64,000 bases of DNA from Candidatus Shapirobacteria bacterium (GCA_030698565.1 JAUYJS010000005.1:90497-154496), one strand, 5' to 3'; positions 1 to 9,362 are shown, numbered from the stretch's first letter. The notes: generated from the sequence alone by a model not told the origin. Program-made: numbers and translations.

Positions 1-276
1 TTGCTGGATAAAAAAGGTGGTGCGAAGCTCTTCTGTGGTAACTTTTCCCTTTTTTTGGATAAGAGCACCAGCCAGACCTATGTCTGAAAAATACCCTAAA
101 ATGCCTATTGATTCAGCAACAATCGCGAAAAGTCCAACCTCAGCCCTACCAAGTAAAAGCGTCAAAAGAAAGAAACCTAAAAACGAAACACCCTGAATGC
201 CAAAATTTCTTAAAGTTAAAAACAGAAGATTGTGAGTGGTTTTCTTTTTTATTTCTTGTAAATCGATTTGATCCAT
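1..276 (-). CDS. Partial CDS (N-terminus only, continues beyond window start): polysaccharide/oligosaccharide flippase (Wzx/MOP-family-like) membrane protein
   Basis: Minus-strand ATG at 274-276 gives MDQIDLQEIKKKTTHNLLFLTLRNFGIQGVSFLGFFLLTLLLGRAEVGLFAIVAESIGILGYFSDIGLAGALIQKKG..., open to the window edge. The N-terminus is typical of the polysaccharide-biosynthesis flippase family. It overlaps the stop of the downstream gene by 28 nt (operon-like). Confidence 0.45.
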   Translation of the reverse strand, partial: MDQIDLQEIKKKTTHNLLFLTLRNFGIQGVSFLGFFLLTLLLGRAEVGLFAIVAESIGILGYFSDIGLAGALIQKKGKVTTEELRTTFFIQQ

Positions 277-1988
277 AAGCCTCTAGAAATATAAATTAAA
301 ACAAAAACCCAAGTGGCAAGTGATAAGTAATTCGAGATAGTTCTAACAGGTGTATTATGGAGCTTTACATAAATTTGATGATCTCCAGTCTTTAGGCTTA
401 ATACAATTCTACCCAATTCGGGTTCGATAGAATAAGTTATAAGTTGGCCATTGTCGTAAACCATGAAATTAGGAAATGCTAATTGAGAAATAAAAACTTG
501 GCTGTCTTTATTTAAAGATAAATTAAAGAACATCCAGTCGGTTCCCTTTTTTTGGCCCCAAATTGAAGTAATAGTGTCCTCTGGTTCGGTTTTGTCGATA
601 TAATCCTTGGCTGGGTAAGAGGCTGCTTTTTGAGCGGTTTTAGGTAAATAATCATAAATACCTGAAGTAATTTGATTCCTCCAAGCTAATCCAGAAAATT
701 TTTGTTCATCGGATAATGGACCAGATTGGAGTGGACGAAAATAAATTGTATTTAGGACAACAACAGAGATAATTAACAAAATAGAAACAAATATTGAAAC
801 TTTGTTTTTAAATAATTTGTGGATAATATAGGGAAAAATTCCAGCCGATAAAGATAATAAGAAAGAAGCGTGGCTTAGGAATCTCCATGGAAATTGAATT
901 TTTTGAACCAATGGAATGGCATTCCAAATAAAAGTAGATTTGTTATGGGTCATAAAGACGGAAAACATACCAAGAAAGAAAATCATCACAGGTAAGGTTA
1001 ACTTGCGGTCTATTTTTTTATTCTTTATTGAATTTAAAATGAAATAGAAAAAGATTATTAAAGGAATTAGCCAATGTAGAAATCCAATGGAATAGGACAT
1101 GCCATCGTAGGGACCCCAGACGGATGGTCCGTCTCCCCAAAAACTGCTTAAAAATAGTTGAGAAACAGAGATAAAATGAACGGAAAAATAGTAGTAATTA
1201 GTAAACATGGACTCGATTTGGACGAATTTACTTTCTAATAAAACGGGAAGAGTAAAAAAGGCAGATAGAAATACAGCTAAAATACCAGAAAATAAGAGTT
1301 TTGAGTAAATATTTTTATTTTTTAGCAGATTCAAAATATTTTTAAATCCATATGTGTCAGCAAGCCAATAAGTGCACCAAATTAAAAAGAAAGGAGCAAA
1401 GGTTAGAGCCATGGGGTTGTGAGAAAGTAATAATCCTGTCCAAGATAATGAGAGTCCAATTATAAATCTAAATTCTTTGGTTTTGATTAATTTATATGCA
1501 AAATAAAATATTAAGGGGAAGAAAACGGATGCCCAGGCCTCGTTCATGGCTCCCCTAATATAAATATTTACAGCATGATAAGGACTTAATGTGTAAAAAA
1601 GGGCTGAGATAAGTCCCCCTAAATTGCCAAAAATGGCAGAAGCCAATATAAACATAAAAATGGCGGATAGAACAATTTGAACTAAGGCCGTAATTTTTAT
1701 GGTAGTGACAAAAGAAACGCCAGTGATTCTAATCACTTCTCCAACAAAGTACGGAAGTGGTGGATAAAAATTAAATAAAGGGTAGCCATAACCAAAACCA
1801 AGGTCTGGAGTCCAGCGGCAGGGTATTTGTCCGTCTAAAAGACATTTTTCCATCTCGAGTTGACGAACCATCTGCATATCATCGTGCATGTTGAAATAAT
1901 CATGGTTTAGAAAAAAAACAAAAGTTGGAGCAATTATTAGAATTAATAAAATAATCCAAAGTAGTTTGCTTTTCAAAAAGGAAATCAT
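249..1988 (-). CDS. Large polytopic membrane protein, putative GT-C-type (YfhO/ArnT-like) glycosyltransferase
   Basis: 579 aa with more than 10 predicted hydrophobic helices and an early luminal-loop acidic motif (HDDMQM). It sits in an operon with GT-C and GT2 genes. Confidence 0.5.
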   Translation of the reverse strand: MISFLKSKLLWIILLILIIAPTFVFFLNHDYFNMHDDMQMVRQLEMEKCLLDGQIPCRWTPDLGFGYGYPLFNFYPPLPYFVGEVIRITGVSFVTTIKITALVQIVLSAIFMFILASAIFGNLGGLISALFYTLSPYHAVNIYIRGAMNEAWASVFFPLIFYFAYKLIKTKEFRFIIGLSLSWTGLLLSHNPMALTFAPFFLIWCTYWLADTYGFKNILNLLKNKNIYSKLLFSGILAVFLSAFFTLPVLLESKFVQIESMFTNYYYFSVHFISVSQLFLSSFWGDGPSVWGPYDGMSYSIGFLHWLIPLIIFFYFILNSIKNKKIDRKLTLPVMIFFLGMFSVFMTHNKSTFIWNAIPLVQKIQFPWRFLSHASFLLSLSAGIFPYIIHKLFKNKVSIFVSILLIISVVVLNTIYFRPLQSGPLSDEQKFSGLAWRNQITSGIYDYLPKTAQKAASYPAKDYIDKTEPEDTITSIWGQKKGTDWMFFNLSLNKDSQVFISQLAFPNFMVYDNGQLITYSIEPELGRIVLSLKTGDHQIYVKLHNTPVRTISNYLSLATWVFVLIYISRGLWIKSIYKK

Positions 1989-1992
1989 TGTT

Positions 1993-3540
1993 TTATTTTA
2001 GCTGAAGAAGAAGTAATTTGTCGTTTAATGGTTTAGGATACTCGGCGATTAAATTCAATTTTCTAAATTCGACGTCTGTGAGTAATAAACGAGATTTATT
2101 CATTAAAATATAAACATCGTCACCATGCTGCCGAGCATCTATTAATTTATAAGGTATCTGTTTAAAATCTAGACCAACTCCAAATACTGTCAAATGGTCT
2201 ATTTGGTTGGTGTAAATCTGTAATCCGTCGGGCAGGGTACCAAAAGCGCCTTCAGTGCCAACAATTACATTGGCTGTTTGTGATTTTTGAATTAAATATT
2301 GACTGGCCTCTTTTATTCCCCATCCAGAAGTCCAGTCGGAGGTATACCCTGTTTCTGTAGACGGCAATTTTACTAAAAATGGATTAGTGGAAATTTTATA
2401 TATCCAAATGAAATTAAATGATGATATAAAAAGAAGAAAAAATATATAAAATAAATAATTTTTAAAGAACTTTTTTAGAGAAAACAATCCAAAGGAAATC
2501 AAAATTATAAGTGATGGTATGGTGTAAAGTATGTATCTGGCAGTAAAAACTTTTGCCATAGCAGCGTTGCTTAAGATAGGCAAAAAACACCAGAAAAAGA
2601 CAATTAAAAGAGATATATAATTTTTATGTTTATTATTGAAAATGTATACAATAAAACCAAATATTGCAGAAATCAAAATTGGAAGACTAATATACGCAAA
2701 ATATATTTGAAAAGTGTCTTTTAGGTGGGGTGTGAGGGGGTCTAGGGGATGTTTGATTATTTCAGATAGTGACCAAATATAATCTTTATTGCGAATAGCG
2801 ATCATGTGAAATTGAGGGCCAAGTCTTAAAATATTGTAAATGGCAAAGGCCAAAAGGGCGGAAATAGTTGGATAAAGTAAAAACTTGTAATTTATTTTTT
2901 TGATATTGATAAGAAAAAAGGTTAGATAAGAAAGTGCTATGAAATAAATTGCTGGGGATTTTGTTAACCAAGAAATTCCCAATATTCCACCTAAAACAAG
3001 AGAAATATCTAGTCTGGGAAAGTATGCGAGAAGGACAGAAAAAAACAAAGAAAGAATGCTAAAAAAAGAAAGAAGGTTGTCGGGAAGCGACATCCTGTCG
3101 AAAAAGAATGTGAATGGAAAAGAAAGATATAAAAAACAATTTAAAAATCCAAAATGATAATTTTTATATATGTTTTCTTGGATAAACAGAAGAGGATTTT
3201 TGTTCTTTTTTTCTGTCGGAAACAAAATAACAGAGAGAAAAAATATGCCAACAAGTGATCCAAAACCTGCAAAAACAGAAACCATTCTGCCGGCAATTAG
3301 TGGATCGTTGAAGAATTGAAAAATACCAGCAGTTAGCCACATGAAAAGAGGTTGTTTGCCGTCGGTTTGAGGGATAAATCTAAGTGTTTCAATGTTTTTA
3401 ATTATTTGTGACCAGCGAATATAAATAGCTTCATCTCCAAACACCGGTACGGAAGTCAGGTTTTGCAAACGAGAGAAGAAATATATAAAAATAAATAGTA
3501 ATGAAAGTAAACCAATTATCAGGTTCTTATTCTTGGTCAT
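1993..3540 (-). CDS. GT-C family glycosyltransferase (ArnT/PMT, family 39-like) using polyprenyl-phosphate sugar donors
   Basis: 515 aa polytopic membrane protein. N-terminal loop FGDEAIYIRWSQ has the DE motif characteristic of the ArnT/PMT superfamily. It overlaps the upstream GT2 by 14 nt. Confidence 0.6.
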   Translation of the reverse strand: MTKNKNLIIGLLSLLFIFIYFFSRLQNLTSVPVFGDEAIYIRWSQIIKNIETLRFIPQTDGKQPLFMWLTAGIFQFFNDPLIAGRMVSVFAGFGSLVGIFFLSVILFPTEKKNKNPLLFIQENIYKNYHFGFLNCFLYLSFPFTFFFDRMSLPDNLLSFFSILSLFFSVLLAYFPRLDISLVLGGILGISWLTKSPAIYFIALSYLTFFLINIKKINYKFLLYPTISALLAFAIYNILRLGPQFHMIAIRNKDYIWSLSEIIKHPLDPLTPHLKDTFQIYFAYISLPILISAIFGFIVYIFNNKHKNYISLLIVFFWCFLPILSNAAMAKVFTARYILYTIPSLIILISFGLFSLKKFFKNYLFYIFFLLFISSFNFIWIYKISTNPFLVKLPSTETGYTSDWTSGWGIKEASQYLIQKSQTANVIVGTEGAFGTLPDGLQIYTNQIDHLTVFGVGLDFKQIPYKLIDARQHGDDVYILMNKSRLLLTDVEFRKLNLIAEYPKPLNDKLLLLQLK

Positions 3541-4291
3541 ATATACCTTTTAGGTTGTTGGTTTTAACCCGCCAAATTTCTTGAAGCATAGAAATTGATT
3601 CTTTTTTAAATCGAGAAAGGTCGTCGCCTTTGGTAGTGCTAGTATCTTCCTGGTTCCAATTAACCTGAACTTCTTTTATTTTATATCCCCATTTTTGGGC
3701 CATAAATAATAATTCAACGTCAAAAGCTGAAACGCGCCAACCTTTTTTAATTCTTTTTTCTTTAAAAAATTGAAGGTGCGGAAATATTTTTTTTGCTACA
3801 TCGGTTTTAAAAGCCTTGAAGCCGCATTGGGTGTCGACAATCTTTGGTAATAAAATTAATCTTCGGCCAAAAAGAAAGGCGTGGGACATTATTAATCTTA
3901 AAAAAGAATTGCCTTCTCTGGCTGAACCCCTGGATCCAATAACTACATCATAATCTTGATCAAAAAAAGGGAGAAGTTTGTTTAGTTCCAATAAAGGGGT
4001 TGACTGATCCATGTCTGTAAATAAAATTAAAGGGTATTTGGCTGCTTGTATCCCTCCCCACACAGCTGAGGGTTTACCTCCGTGGGGAAGTTCTAAAACT
4101 CGAAAATTCTTGTGATTATTAACAAAATCTTTTATTAAATGTAGACTACTATCGGTGGATTCATCGTTGGCTATAATTACTTCCCAGTTATATTTTTGTT
4201 TGGATAAAAAGTCATATACATCATTTAATACTCCCCTTTTTAGGTTATTTTCTTCATTGTAACAGGGGATAATGATAGAAATTTCAGTCAT
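3527..4291 (-). CDS. GT2 family glycosyltransferase (polyprenol-phosphate sugar synthase, DPM1/GtrB-like)
   Basis: MTEISIIIPCYNEENNL ... IIANDESTDSS is the classic GT-A N-terminal signature with a DxS/DxD region. Confidence 0.8.
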   Translation of the reverse strand: MTEISIIIPCYNEENNLKRGVLNDVYDFLSKQKYNWEVIIANDESTDSSLHLIKDFVNNHKNFRVLELPHGGKPSAVWGGIQAAKYPLILFTDMDQSTPLLELNKLLPFFDQDYDVVIGSRGSAREGNSFLRLIMSHAFLFGRRLILLPKIVDTQCGFKAFKTDVAKKIFPHLQFFKEKRIKKGWRVSAFDVELLFMAQKWGYKIKEVQVNWNQEDTSTTKGDDLSRFKKESISMLQEIWRVKTNNLKGIYDQE

Positions 4292-4327
4292 AGATTTGAT
4301 TATACAATTATTATATTTTTAAATATT

Positions 4328-5824
4328 TTATTTCTTCCCGGTTTCGTTGGCCACTAGTTTAAAAATTTTAATTCCATTAAAATCCCATTCTTGATCTATT
4401 TTTGACCAGCCAAAGGCGGCAATTTCCCATAAAGGATTATTGATAGGTTGACAATCAATTTGCCATGGTTCGCAAATTACAAAAAGTTGATCGGTTATTT
4501 TGCTGTGTAAATCGACGATCGGAGAGTTTTTTTGATAAAAGAAATAGCGGTAGGCAGCGTCGGTATTTGATTTGGCGATTAAAGCTAAATTAAATGGCTG
4601 ATTGCCGGTTTTACTGTTTATGAAATTTACTATTTCTTGAGTATTACCTATTTGCTTATTTGGAGAATATTGAAAAGGATTTTCTTTTAGAGAAAAGTAA
4701 GCAAAAGAGATTATTAAAGATAAACCAATTAATTTACCGAGTTTTGGAATTAAAGATAAAGTGTAAATTGTATAGCTGGTGAGAATAAAGACTACTGGGA
4801 AAAGGAAGCCAAAATAATGATCGTAGATATGTTGTTTATATAAACCGAGACCAATTAACCCGAGTAGATACCAAAGAGAGCAGATAATAAAGTATTTATA
4901 TGATTTATTTTTTTTGTTAATTAAAAAGGAAAATAAGATTCCTAGAACCAAAATAATGCTAGCCGTAATTCCAAAAATTATATTTTTTCCGGCAATTAAA
5001 CTGGTGTTTATTTGATTAAATAATGGGGCTAATAAGGGTATGGATTTATAGGGCTTTATATTTACGGTTGTTTGTCGTTCAGAAAAAAATTTGATGAAGG
5101 CACCTGTGTTTTGACCGTTGTGCTTGATGTCAAAAAGGATTAAGGGGGTTAATGAAACTATAAATAAAACAATGGCCCAAATTGAATATTTTATAAATTC
5201 AGGCAATTTTTTGTCTTGCTTTTTTATTAAAAAATATAAGTGAATGAGCCAGAATAATCCGGCGAGTGGTAATAAAATTAAAGCTAAAAAATGTGAATTT
5301 ATGGCAAAGACAAACGAAAGAGATGCAAAAATTAAACTTTTATATTTTCGGTCATATAAAGCATTAAAGATGAAATATGTGAATAGTAATGCAAAAAAAG
5401 GCATGATGTTGGGATTCCAAGAAAAGCTAGAGTATTTAATGGCAACAGGAGAAATAGCATAAAGAAATGATGAGATAATGGCTACTGGTTTGCTAAACCA
5501 TTTGTTGGCCACAAAATATATTAAAAAAGCGGTAGCGACACCTAAAAGGGCAATAAAAATGGCCGGTCCAACCGGATTAAAGTTGGATAATAACAAGGAA
5601 GGAGCAATTAGGTAATAATAAAATGGCCCAAGATACATGTTGCCGATACTAGTTTGAGGTCCTATAAAAAATAACTCACCGTGTTTAAGAAAATCTCTGA
5701 CAATAATTACATCTCTACCCTGATCTCCTAAAAACTCTGCATAATCATATATACGATATAGTCGTAAAAAAGCAGCTAATAGTATTATAAAAATAAGAAA
5801 ATAATTCTTCTTTAAAAATTTCAT
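4328..5824 (-). CDS. GT-C family membrane glycosyltransferase (ArnT/PMT-like)
   Basis: 498 aa polytopic membrane protein with the RLYRIYDYAEFLGDQGRD loop motif. It is paired directly with the upstream GT2 by a 4-nt overlap. Confidence 0.6.
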   Translation of the reverse strand: MKFLKKNYFLIFIILLAAFLRLYRIYDYAEFLGDQGRDVIIVRDFLKHGELFFIGPQTSIGNMYLGPFYYYLIAPSLLLSNFNPVGPAIFIALLGVATAFLIYFVANKWFSKPVAIISSFLYAISPVAIKYSSFSWNPNIMPFFALLFTYFIFNALYDRKYKSLIFASLSFVFAINSHFLALILLPLAGLFWLIHLYFLIKKQDKKLPEFIKYSIWAIVLFIVSLTPLILFDIKHNGQNTGAFIKFFSERQTTVNIKPYKSIPLLAPLFNQINTSLIAGKNIIFGITASIILVLGILFSFLINKKNKSYKYFIICSLWYLLGLIGLGLYKQHIYDHYFGFLFPVVFILTSYTIYTLSLIPKLGKLIGLSLIISFAYFSLKENPFQYSPNKQIGNTQEIVNFINSKTGNQPFNLALIAKSNTDAAYRYFFYQKNSPIVDLHSKITDQLFVICEPWQIDCQPINNPLWEIAAFGWSKIDQEWDFNGIKIFKLVANETGKK

Positions 5825-6546
5825 CTATTAAAATTTATTTTAAAGAAAAGACCGAGAAGGTCTTTGAATCCGGCAATAATTACATTTAATTTAGCTCCAG
5901 TAGCTTCACCTTCTTGACGACTAAAATGGGTGACGCCGATTTCAACGATTTTAAATTTAAGTTTTTTGGCTTTAATAAGAAGTTCACTGGAAATGAATGG
6001 GCCCCTTTCGGCTTCAAGCCGGGGAATCGTATCTATTACCCTTTTGTTAATTAGTTTAAAAGCACAGTCAATATCTTTTACTTTTAAACCAAAAAGGACA
6101 AACACGGCTAACTGCCAGAGGTAAGATCCCCAGATTCGATAAAAAGGTACTTTTCGATTGATATAAAAGCCTATAACCATATCGGCTTTAGTTTGTTTTT
6201 GTTTATCAATAAATTTATTTATTTCAGAAAAATCAAATTGACCGTCTGAATCTGTAAAAACAATCCATTGGTATTTAGAATTATAAAAACCGCTTTTTAG
6301 AGCGGCACCATAACCTCTGTTGGGGTTGTGGGTAATAATTTTTATCTTGTCGGAGTATTTTTTTTGTAATTCTAGAGCAATATCTTTGGTTTTATCTTTT
6401 GAGCCATCGTTGACAATAATAATTTCCCATTTCTTGGCTATTTTATCGAGTATTGATATAGATTTACTTACCGTCTGAGAAATATTTTTTTCTTCGTTAT
6501 AACAAGGGAAGAATACAGATAATTCATCTATTTTTGACTCGGTCAT
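5821..6546 (-). CDS. GT2 family glycosyltransferase (DPM1/GtrB-like); start revised to the internal ATG
   Basis: The ELSVFFPCYNEEKNISQTV...IIVNDGSKDKT signature is present. A near-consensus sigma70 promoter (TTGTCA-16-TATACT) lies 7 nt upstream of the ATG at 6544-6546 (MTESKIDEL...). This argues that the 6603 start is an over-extension. Confidence 0.7.
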   Translation of the reverse strand: MTESKIDELSVFFPCYNEEKNISQTVSKSISILDKIAKKWEIIIVNDGSKDKTKDIALELQKKYSDKIKIITHNPNRGYGAALKSGFYNSKYQWIVFTDSDGQFDFSEINKFIDKQKQTKADMVIGFYINRKVPFYRIWGSYLWQLAVFVLFGLKVKDIDCAFKLINKRVIDTIPRLEAERGPFISSELLIKAKKLKFKIVEIGVTHFSRQEGEATGAKLNVIIAGFKDLLGLFFKINFNR

Positions 6547-6553
6547 ACAAATT

Positions 6554-6581
6554 AGTATAGCAATATTGATAGGTTTGACAA
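6554..6581 (-). promoter_or_regulatory. Putative sigma70-type promoter (TTGTCA-16nt-TATACT) giving a leaderless or near-leaderless GT2 transcript
   Basis: Read on the minus strand: TTGTCA at 6576-6581, TATACT at 6554-6559, then 7 nt to the ATG. Confidence 0.35.
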
Positions 6582-6648
6582 GGTTATGCTCGGTGATTGA
6601 CATTATAATAATTTGTATTATAATATCCTGTAATTATATTTATTTAAC

Positions 6649-7284
6649 ATGCAGGTGGAACACAAAATTATTTCTATTGGTTTTATAACGGTCGCTATGG
6701 CAATTTTATTATTGTCACTAATGAGGCCTTTTGGTGTCCGTGCTCAATATTATCAGCCAGGTGCTGCTAGTAAATCTATTGTGGTTGATAAAAAAGTAAG
6801 AGCCGTAAACCAAACTAATTATTTTGATAATTTAACTAGTAGTCAAAAGTTATTTTTTGACAACGATTTGATTGAATTTAGTATTACTATTCAAAATGGT
6901 GGTCAAGAAACCCTTCGAAATATTGATGTCAAAGATTTTTTACCAAAAAACTTAAGGTTGATCTTTAATCCTGGCACGTTTAATGCGAATGGAAATACTG
7001 TTGAATGGAAGATTGATCAACTAAATCCAGGGGAAAGTAAAAACTATTTGATTAGAGCTAAAATTATCGGAGTTGCTAATTTAAAACTTACTTCTAATTT
7101 GCAATTAACCAATACTGCATCGGCAAACGTTGATAATATTTCAGATCAAGATAGATCAAGCTATTTTATTGGTGTTCAGACTATCCCTAAGACTGGAAAT
7201 AATGACATATTGGTTAAAACAATTTTAATTTTGAGTGTTGCTGGTGGAAGTGTTTACTTGAGAAAAGTGGCCAGAGGATATTAA
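6649..7284 (+). CDS. Secreted DUF11 (conserved-repeat) surface protein with a C-terminal IPKTG sortase sorting signal
   Basis: The N-terminus has a hydrophobic signal/anchor. The central region resembles a DUF11 repeat. The C-terminus reads TIPKTGNND, then a hydrophobic stretch ILVKTILILSVAGGSVYL, then the basic tail RKVARGY. That is a classic LPXTG-type cell-wall sorting signal. Confidence 0.65.
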   Translation: MQVEHKIISIGFITVAMAILLLSLMRPFGVRAQYYQPGAASKSIVVDKKVRAVNQTNYFDNLTSSQKLFFDNDLIEFSITIQNGGQETLRNIDVKDFLPKNLRLIFNPGTFNANGNTVEWKIDQLNPGESKNYLIRAKIIGVANLKLTSNLQLTNTASANVDNISDQDRSSYFIGVQTIPKTGNNDILVKTILILSVAGGSVYLRKVARGY

Positions 7285-7286
7285 AA

Positions 7287-8492
7287 TTAATTTACCCTAA
7301 CTCTGTCAACTTTGTAGATTGCGGAAAGAGAGTACTTGGACGTAAAGGGAATATCGCGTCCGTTCTCCACATAAGGATCGTTCATAATATATTTTCCATT
7401 TTCTTTTGATTTTATTACTACAAAGTGCTCTCCATTATTCATTCTTATTCCAACGATAACTGGGTTATTAGAGTTTAATTCGGAATCGATACTCGATAAT
7501 GAGCTCCCAATTCTAGTACGAGTGATATGAATGTCATTTACACTGAATGATCCTTGTAGTAAGTAGGCGGTTCTTCCAAAAAAAGCATTGGAACTACCAG
7601 CAATATCTGAAGGTTTTATATTTTTACCATAATGAGATGCCACCATCGCTGTTGAAGTGATTAAACAGCCATATTCGGCAATAGAGTCAGATGAAAGGCC
7701 TATTGGGTAATTGCCCCATTGGGAATCTCGTTGATTATAATAACAGCCCCAGCTATTACATAAAGTTTGGTTATTTAAGAGAGAAGCGCCTCCTTGAGAT
7801 GTAATAAAGCTTCCAAAAGAAGCTAACTGTTGTTTAGCATCAGCCAACAACTGTTCATATTTTTTCTCATCATTTTTTGTTACCTCTAGAAGGTTATTTT
7901 TAGTAGCTTTTTGATTATTGAGATTGTTTTTTTGGCTAGCTAGAGTCTTTTGAAGTGTTTCTAGTTCTTGTTGTTTTTTGGTTTTTTCTTGTTTTTGAAG
8001 ATCGTAATTAGTCCGAGTGGTTTCTAAATTAATAAGACTATCTTGACTACTTTTTTGAATCATTGAAACATATTTATATTGTTGTAAGAACATATTCAGA
8101 TCTGAAGTTAAAAACAAAGAAATAAGCGGAACTCGTTTTTGAAGTTTATAGTTTTGAGTTATTTGATGGATATAAGCAGATGAAAGTTGGTTTAAATAAG
8201 AATCTAAACCGTTAATTTTGGCGGTAAGCAGGTCAATATCTTTTTCCAACGTATTTACGGAGTTTTCTGTCTGGTTTATTTTTAGAATATTTAGTTGTAT
8301 TTGAGAGTCCAATATTTTTATTTGATTAGCGAGGGTGTCTTTGGATTTTCCCAGTTCATTTAACTTTTGGGTGTATTCATTAATTTGATTTTGAATTTGA
8401 CCAGTGTCAATATTTTCGGCGACTAGAATTTTGGAGAAAATAAAAAAACTGGCTAGCAAGAGAAGTAGGGTTACGAATGATTTTTTAATCAT
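7287..8492 (-). CDS. Secreted coiled-coil protein with a C-terminal papain-like (C39_2/CHAP-like) cysteine peptidase domain; putative FtsEX-regulated peptidoglycan hydrolase (PcsB analogue)
   Basis: It has a signal peptide. About 220 aa are heptad-rich and Q/K/E/L-rich (coiled coil). The C-terminal domain contains NQRDSQWG...EYGCLITSTAMVASHYG (candidate nucleophile Cys) and a downstream GEHFVVI...MNDPY His/Asp. It lies 3 nt downstream of ftsX. Confidence 0.6.
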   Translation of the reverse strand: MIKKSFVTLLLLLASFFIFSKILVAENIDTGQIQNQINEYTQKLNELGKSKDTLANQIKILDSQIQLNILKINQTENSVNTLEKDIDLLTAKINGLDSYLNQLSSAYIHQITQNYKLQKRVPLISLFLTSDLNMFLQQYKYVSMIQKSSQDSLINLETTRTNYDLQKQEKTKKQQELETLQKTLASQKNNLNNQKATKNNLLEVTKNDEKKYEQLLADAKQQLASFGSFITSQGGASLLNNQTLCNSWGCYYNQRDSQWGNYPIGLSSDSIAEYGCLITSTAMVASHYGKNIKPSDIAGSSNAFFGRTAYLLQGSFSVNDIHITRTRIGSSLSSIDSELNSNNPVIVGIRMNNGEHFVVIKSKENGKYIMNDPYVENGRDIPFTSKYSLSAIYKVDRVRVN

Positions 8493-8495
8493 TCC

Positions 8496-9362
8496 TTAGT
8501 ATTTAATATATCTTTTAACACCAATAAAACTAGCAAAATAACCAATGGCTGTTCCGATTAATACCTGGCTAAAAAAGACAATTAAATAGAAATTAATATC
8601 GTTGTTGATAAAAGTTATTGGTTGAAAAAAGAAATTGATTCTTTTTTGAAAATAAAAAGCCAAGGTGAAACTTAAAAATGAGCCTAAAAAGCTGCCAATA
8701 AGTCCGTAAATGACACCTTCTATTAAAAAAGGTTTTTTTACATAAAACTTAGAAGCACCTAAAAGCCGACTGATTCTAATTTCTTCTTTGCGATTGGTTA
8801 TTTTCATACCAATAATCACGAATGTAATTAAAAACGAGGTTAGTGTTGTTACAGAAACTATAGAAAGACCTGTTTTTCTGGTTATATTAGTAAAATTCAA
8901 AATAGATTTGATTATGTCTTTTTGATAAATTATTTCATCAACAATATTGGTTTTGGTAGAAAATTCTTTGTCTATTTGGTCTAAAACCTTGGGGTCAGAT
9001 ACTGAAACTTCAAATGAAGCGGGGAGGATACTGGCTGTGACCATTTCGGTTAACATGGGATTGTCTTTGTTTTGTTCTTTATAAATATTTAAGGCTTTGT
9101 CTTTGGAAATATATTTGACTTCACGAACATTGGGATATTGGGATAAATTTTGATTAATTTCATTGATGTTTTTTTGATCTAAACCGTCTTTTAAAAAAAT
9201 AGTAATTTCCGGTTTGGTTTCAAAAAAATGAAGCACTGATGATAACCCAGAACTAATGATTAGGAAGACTGAGAGGGTGAAGAAACATATTGTCATCAAG
9301 AGAACAGCTATAAAACTTTGAAATGGTGACCTCCGAATGTGGTGCCAGGTGGTATTGATCAT
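8496..9362 (-). CDS. ftsX: Cell division ABC transporter permease FtsX
   Basis: Four-TM topology with a large extracellular loop and the conserved FtsX N-terminus MINTTWHHIRRSPFQSFIAV. It overlaps ftsE by 4 nt. Confidence 0.85.
   Translation of the reverse strand: MINTTWHHIRRSPFQSFIAVLLMTICFFTLSVFLIISSGLSSVLHFFETKPEITIFLKDGLDQKNINEINQNLSQYPNVREVKYISKDKALNIYKEQNKDNPMLTEMVTASILPASFEVSVSDPKVLDQIDKEFSTKTNIVDEIIYQKDIIKSILNFTNITRKTGLSIVSVTTLTSFLITFVIIGMKITNRKEEIRISRLLGASKFYVKKPFLIEGVIYGLIGSFLGSFLSFTLAFYFQKRINFFFQPITFINNDINFYLIVFFSQVLIGTAIGYFASFIGVKRYIKY

Noticed and set aside
2786-2971. Short ORFs in the six-frame track lying antisense inside or across the long genes: 2786-2971, 5244-5462, 5930-6124, 10855-11145, 11906-12100, 14003-14423, 15141-15407, 16462-16659, 17355-17582, 18706-18933, 21509-21763, 23553-23894, 31756-31980, 32439-32699, 33473-34115, 38436-38636, 38879-39112, 39738-39998, 40622-41056, 44162-44353, 45962-46150, 47916-48627, 53228-54096, 55379-55606, 57961-58170, 58666-58860, 59459-59656, 60273-60709, 61787-62014, 62387-62593, 63070-63399, 63559-63780
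   Set aside because: All lie on the strand opposite to, or embedded within, genes with strong family signatures. They have low-complexity, AT-codon-driven compositions and no motifs. They are treated as spurious.
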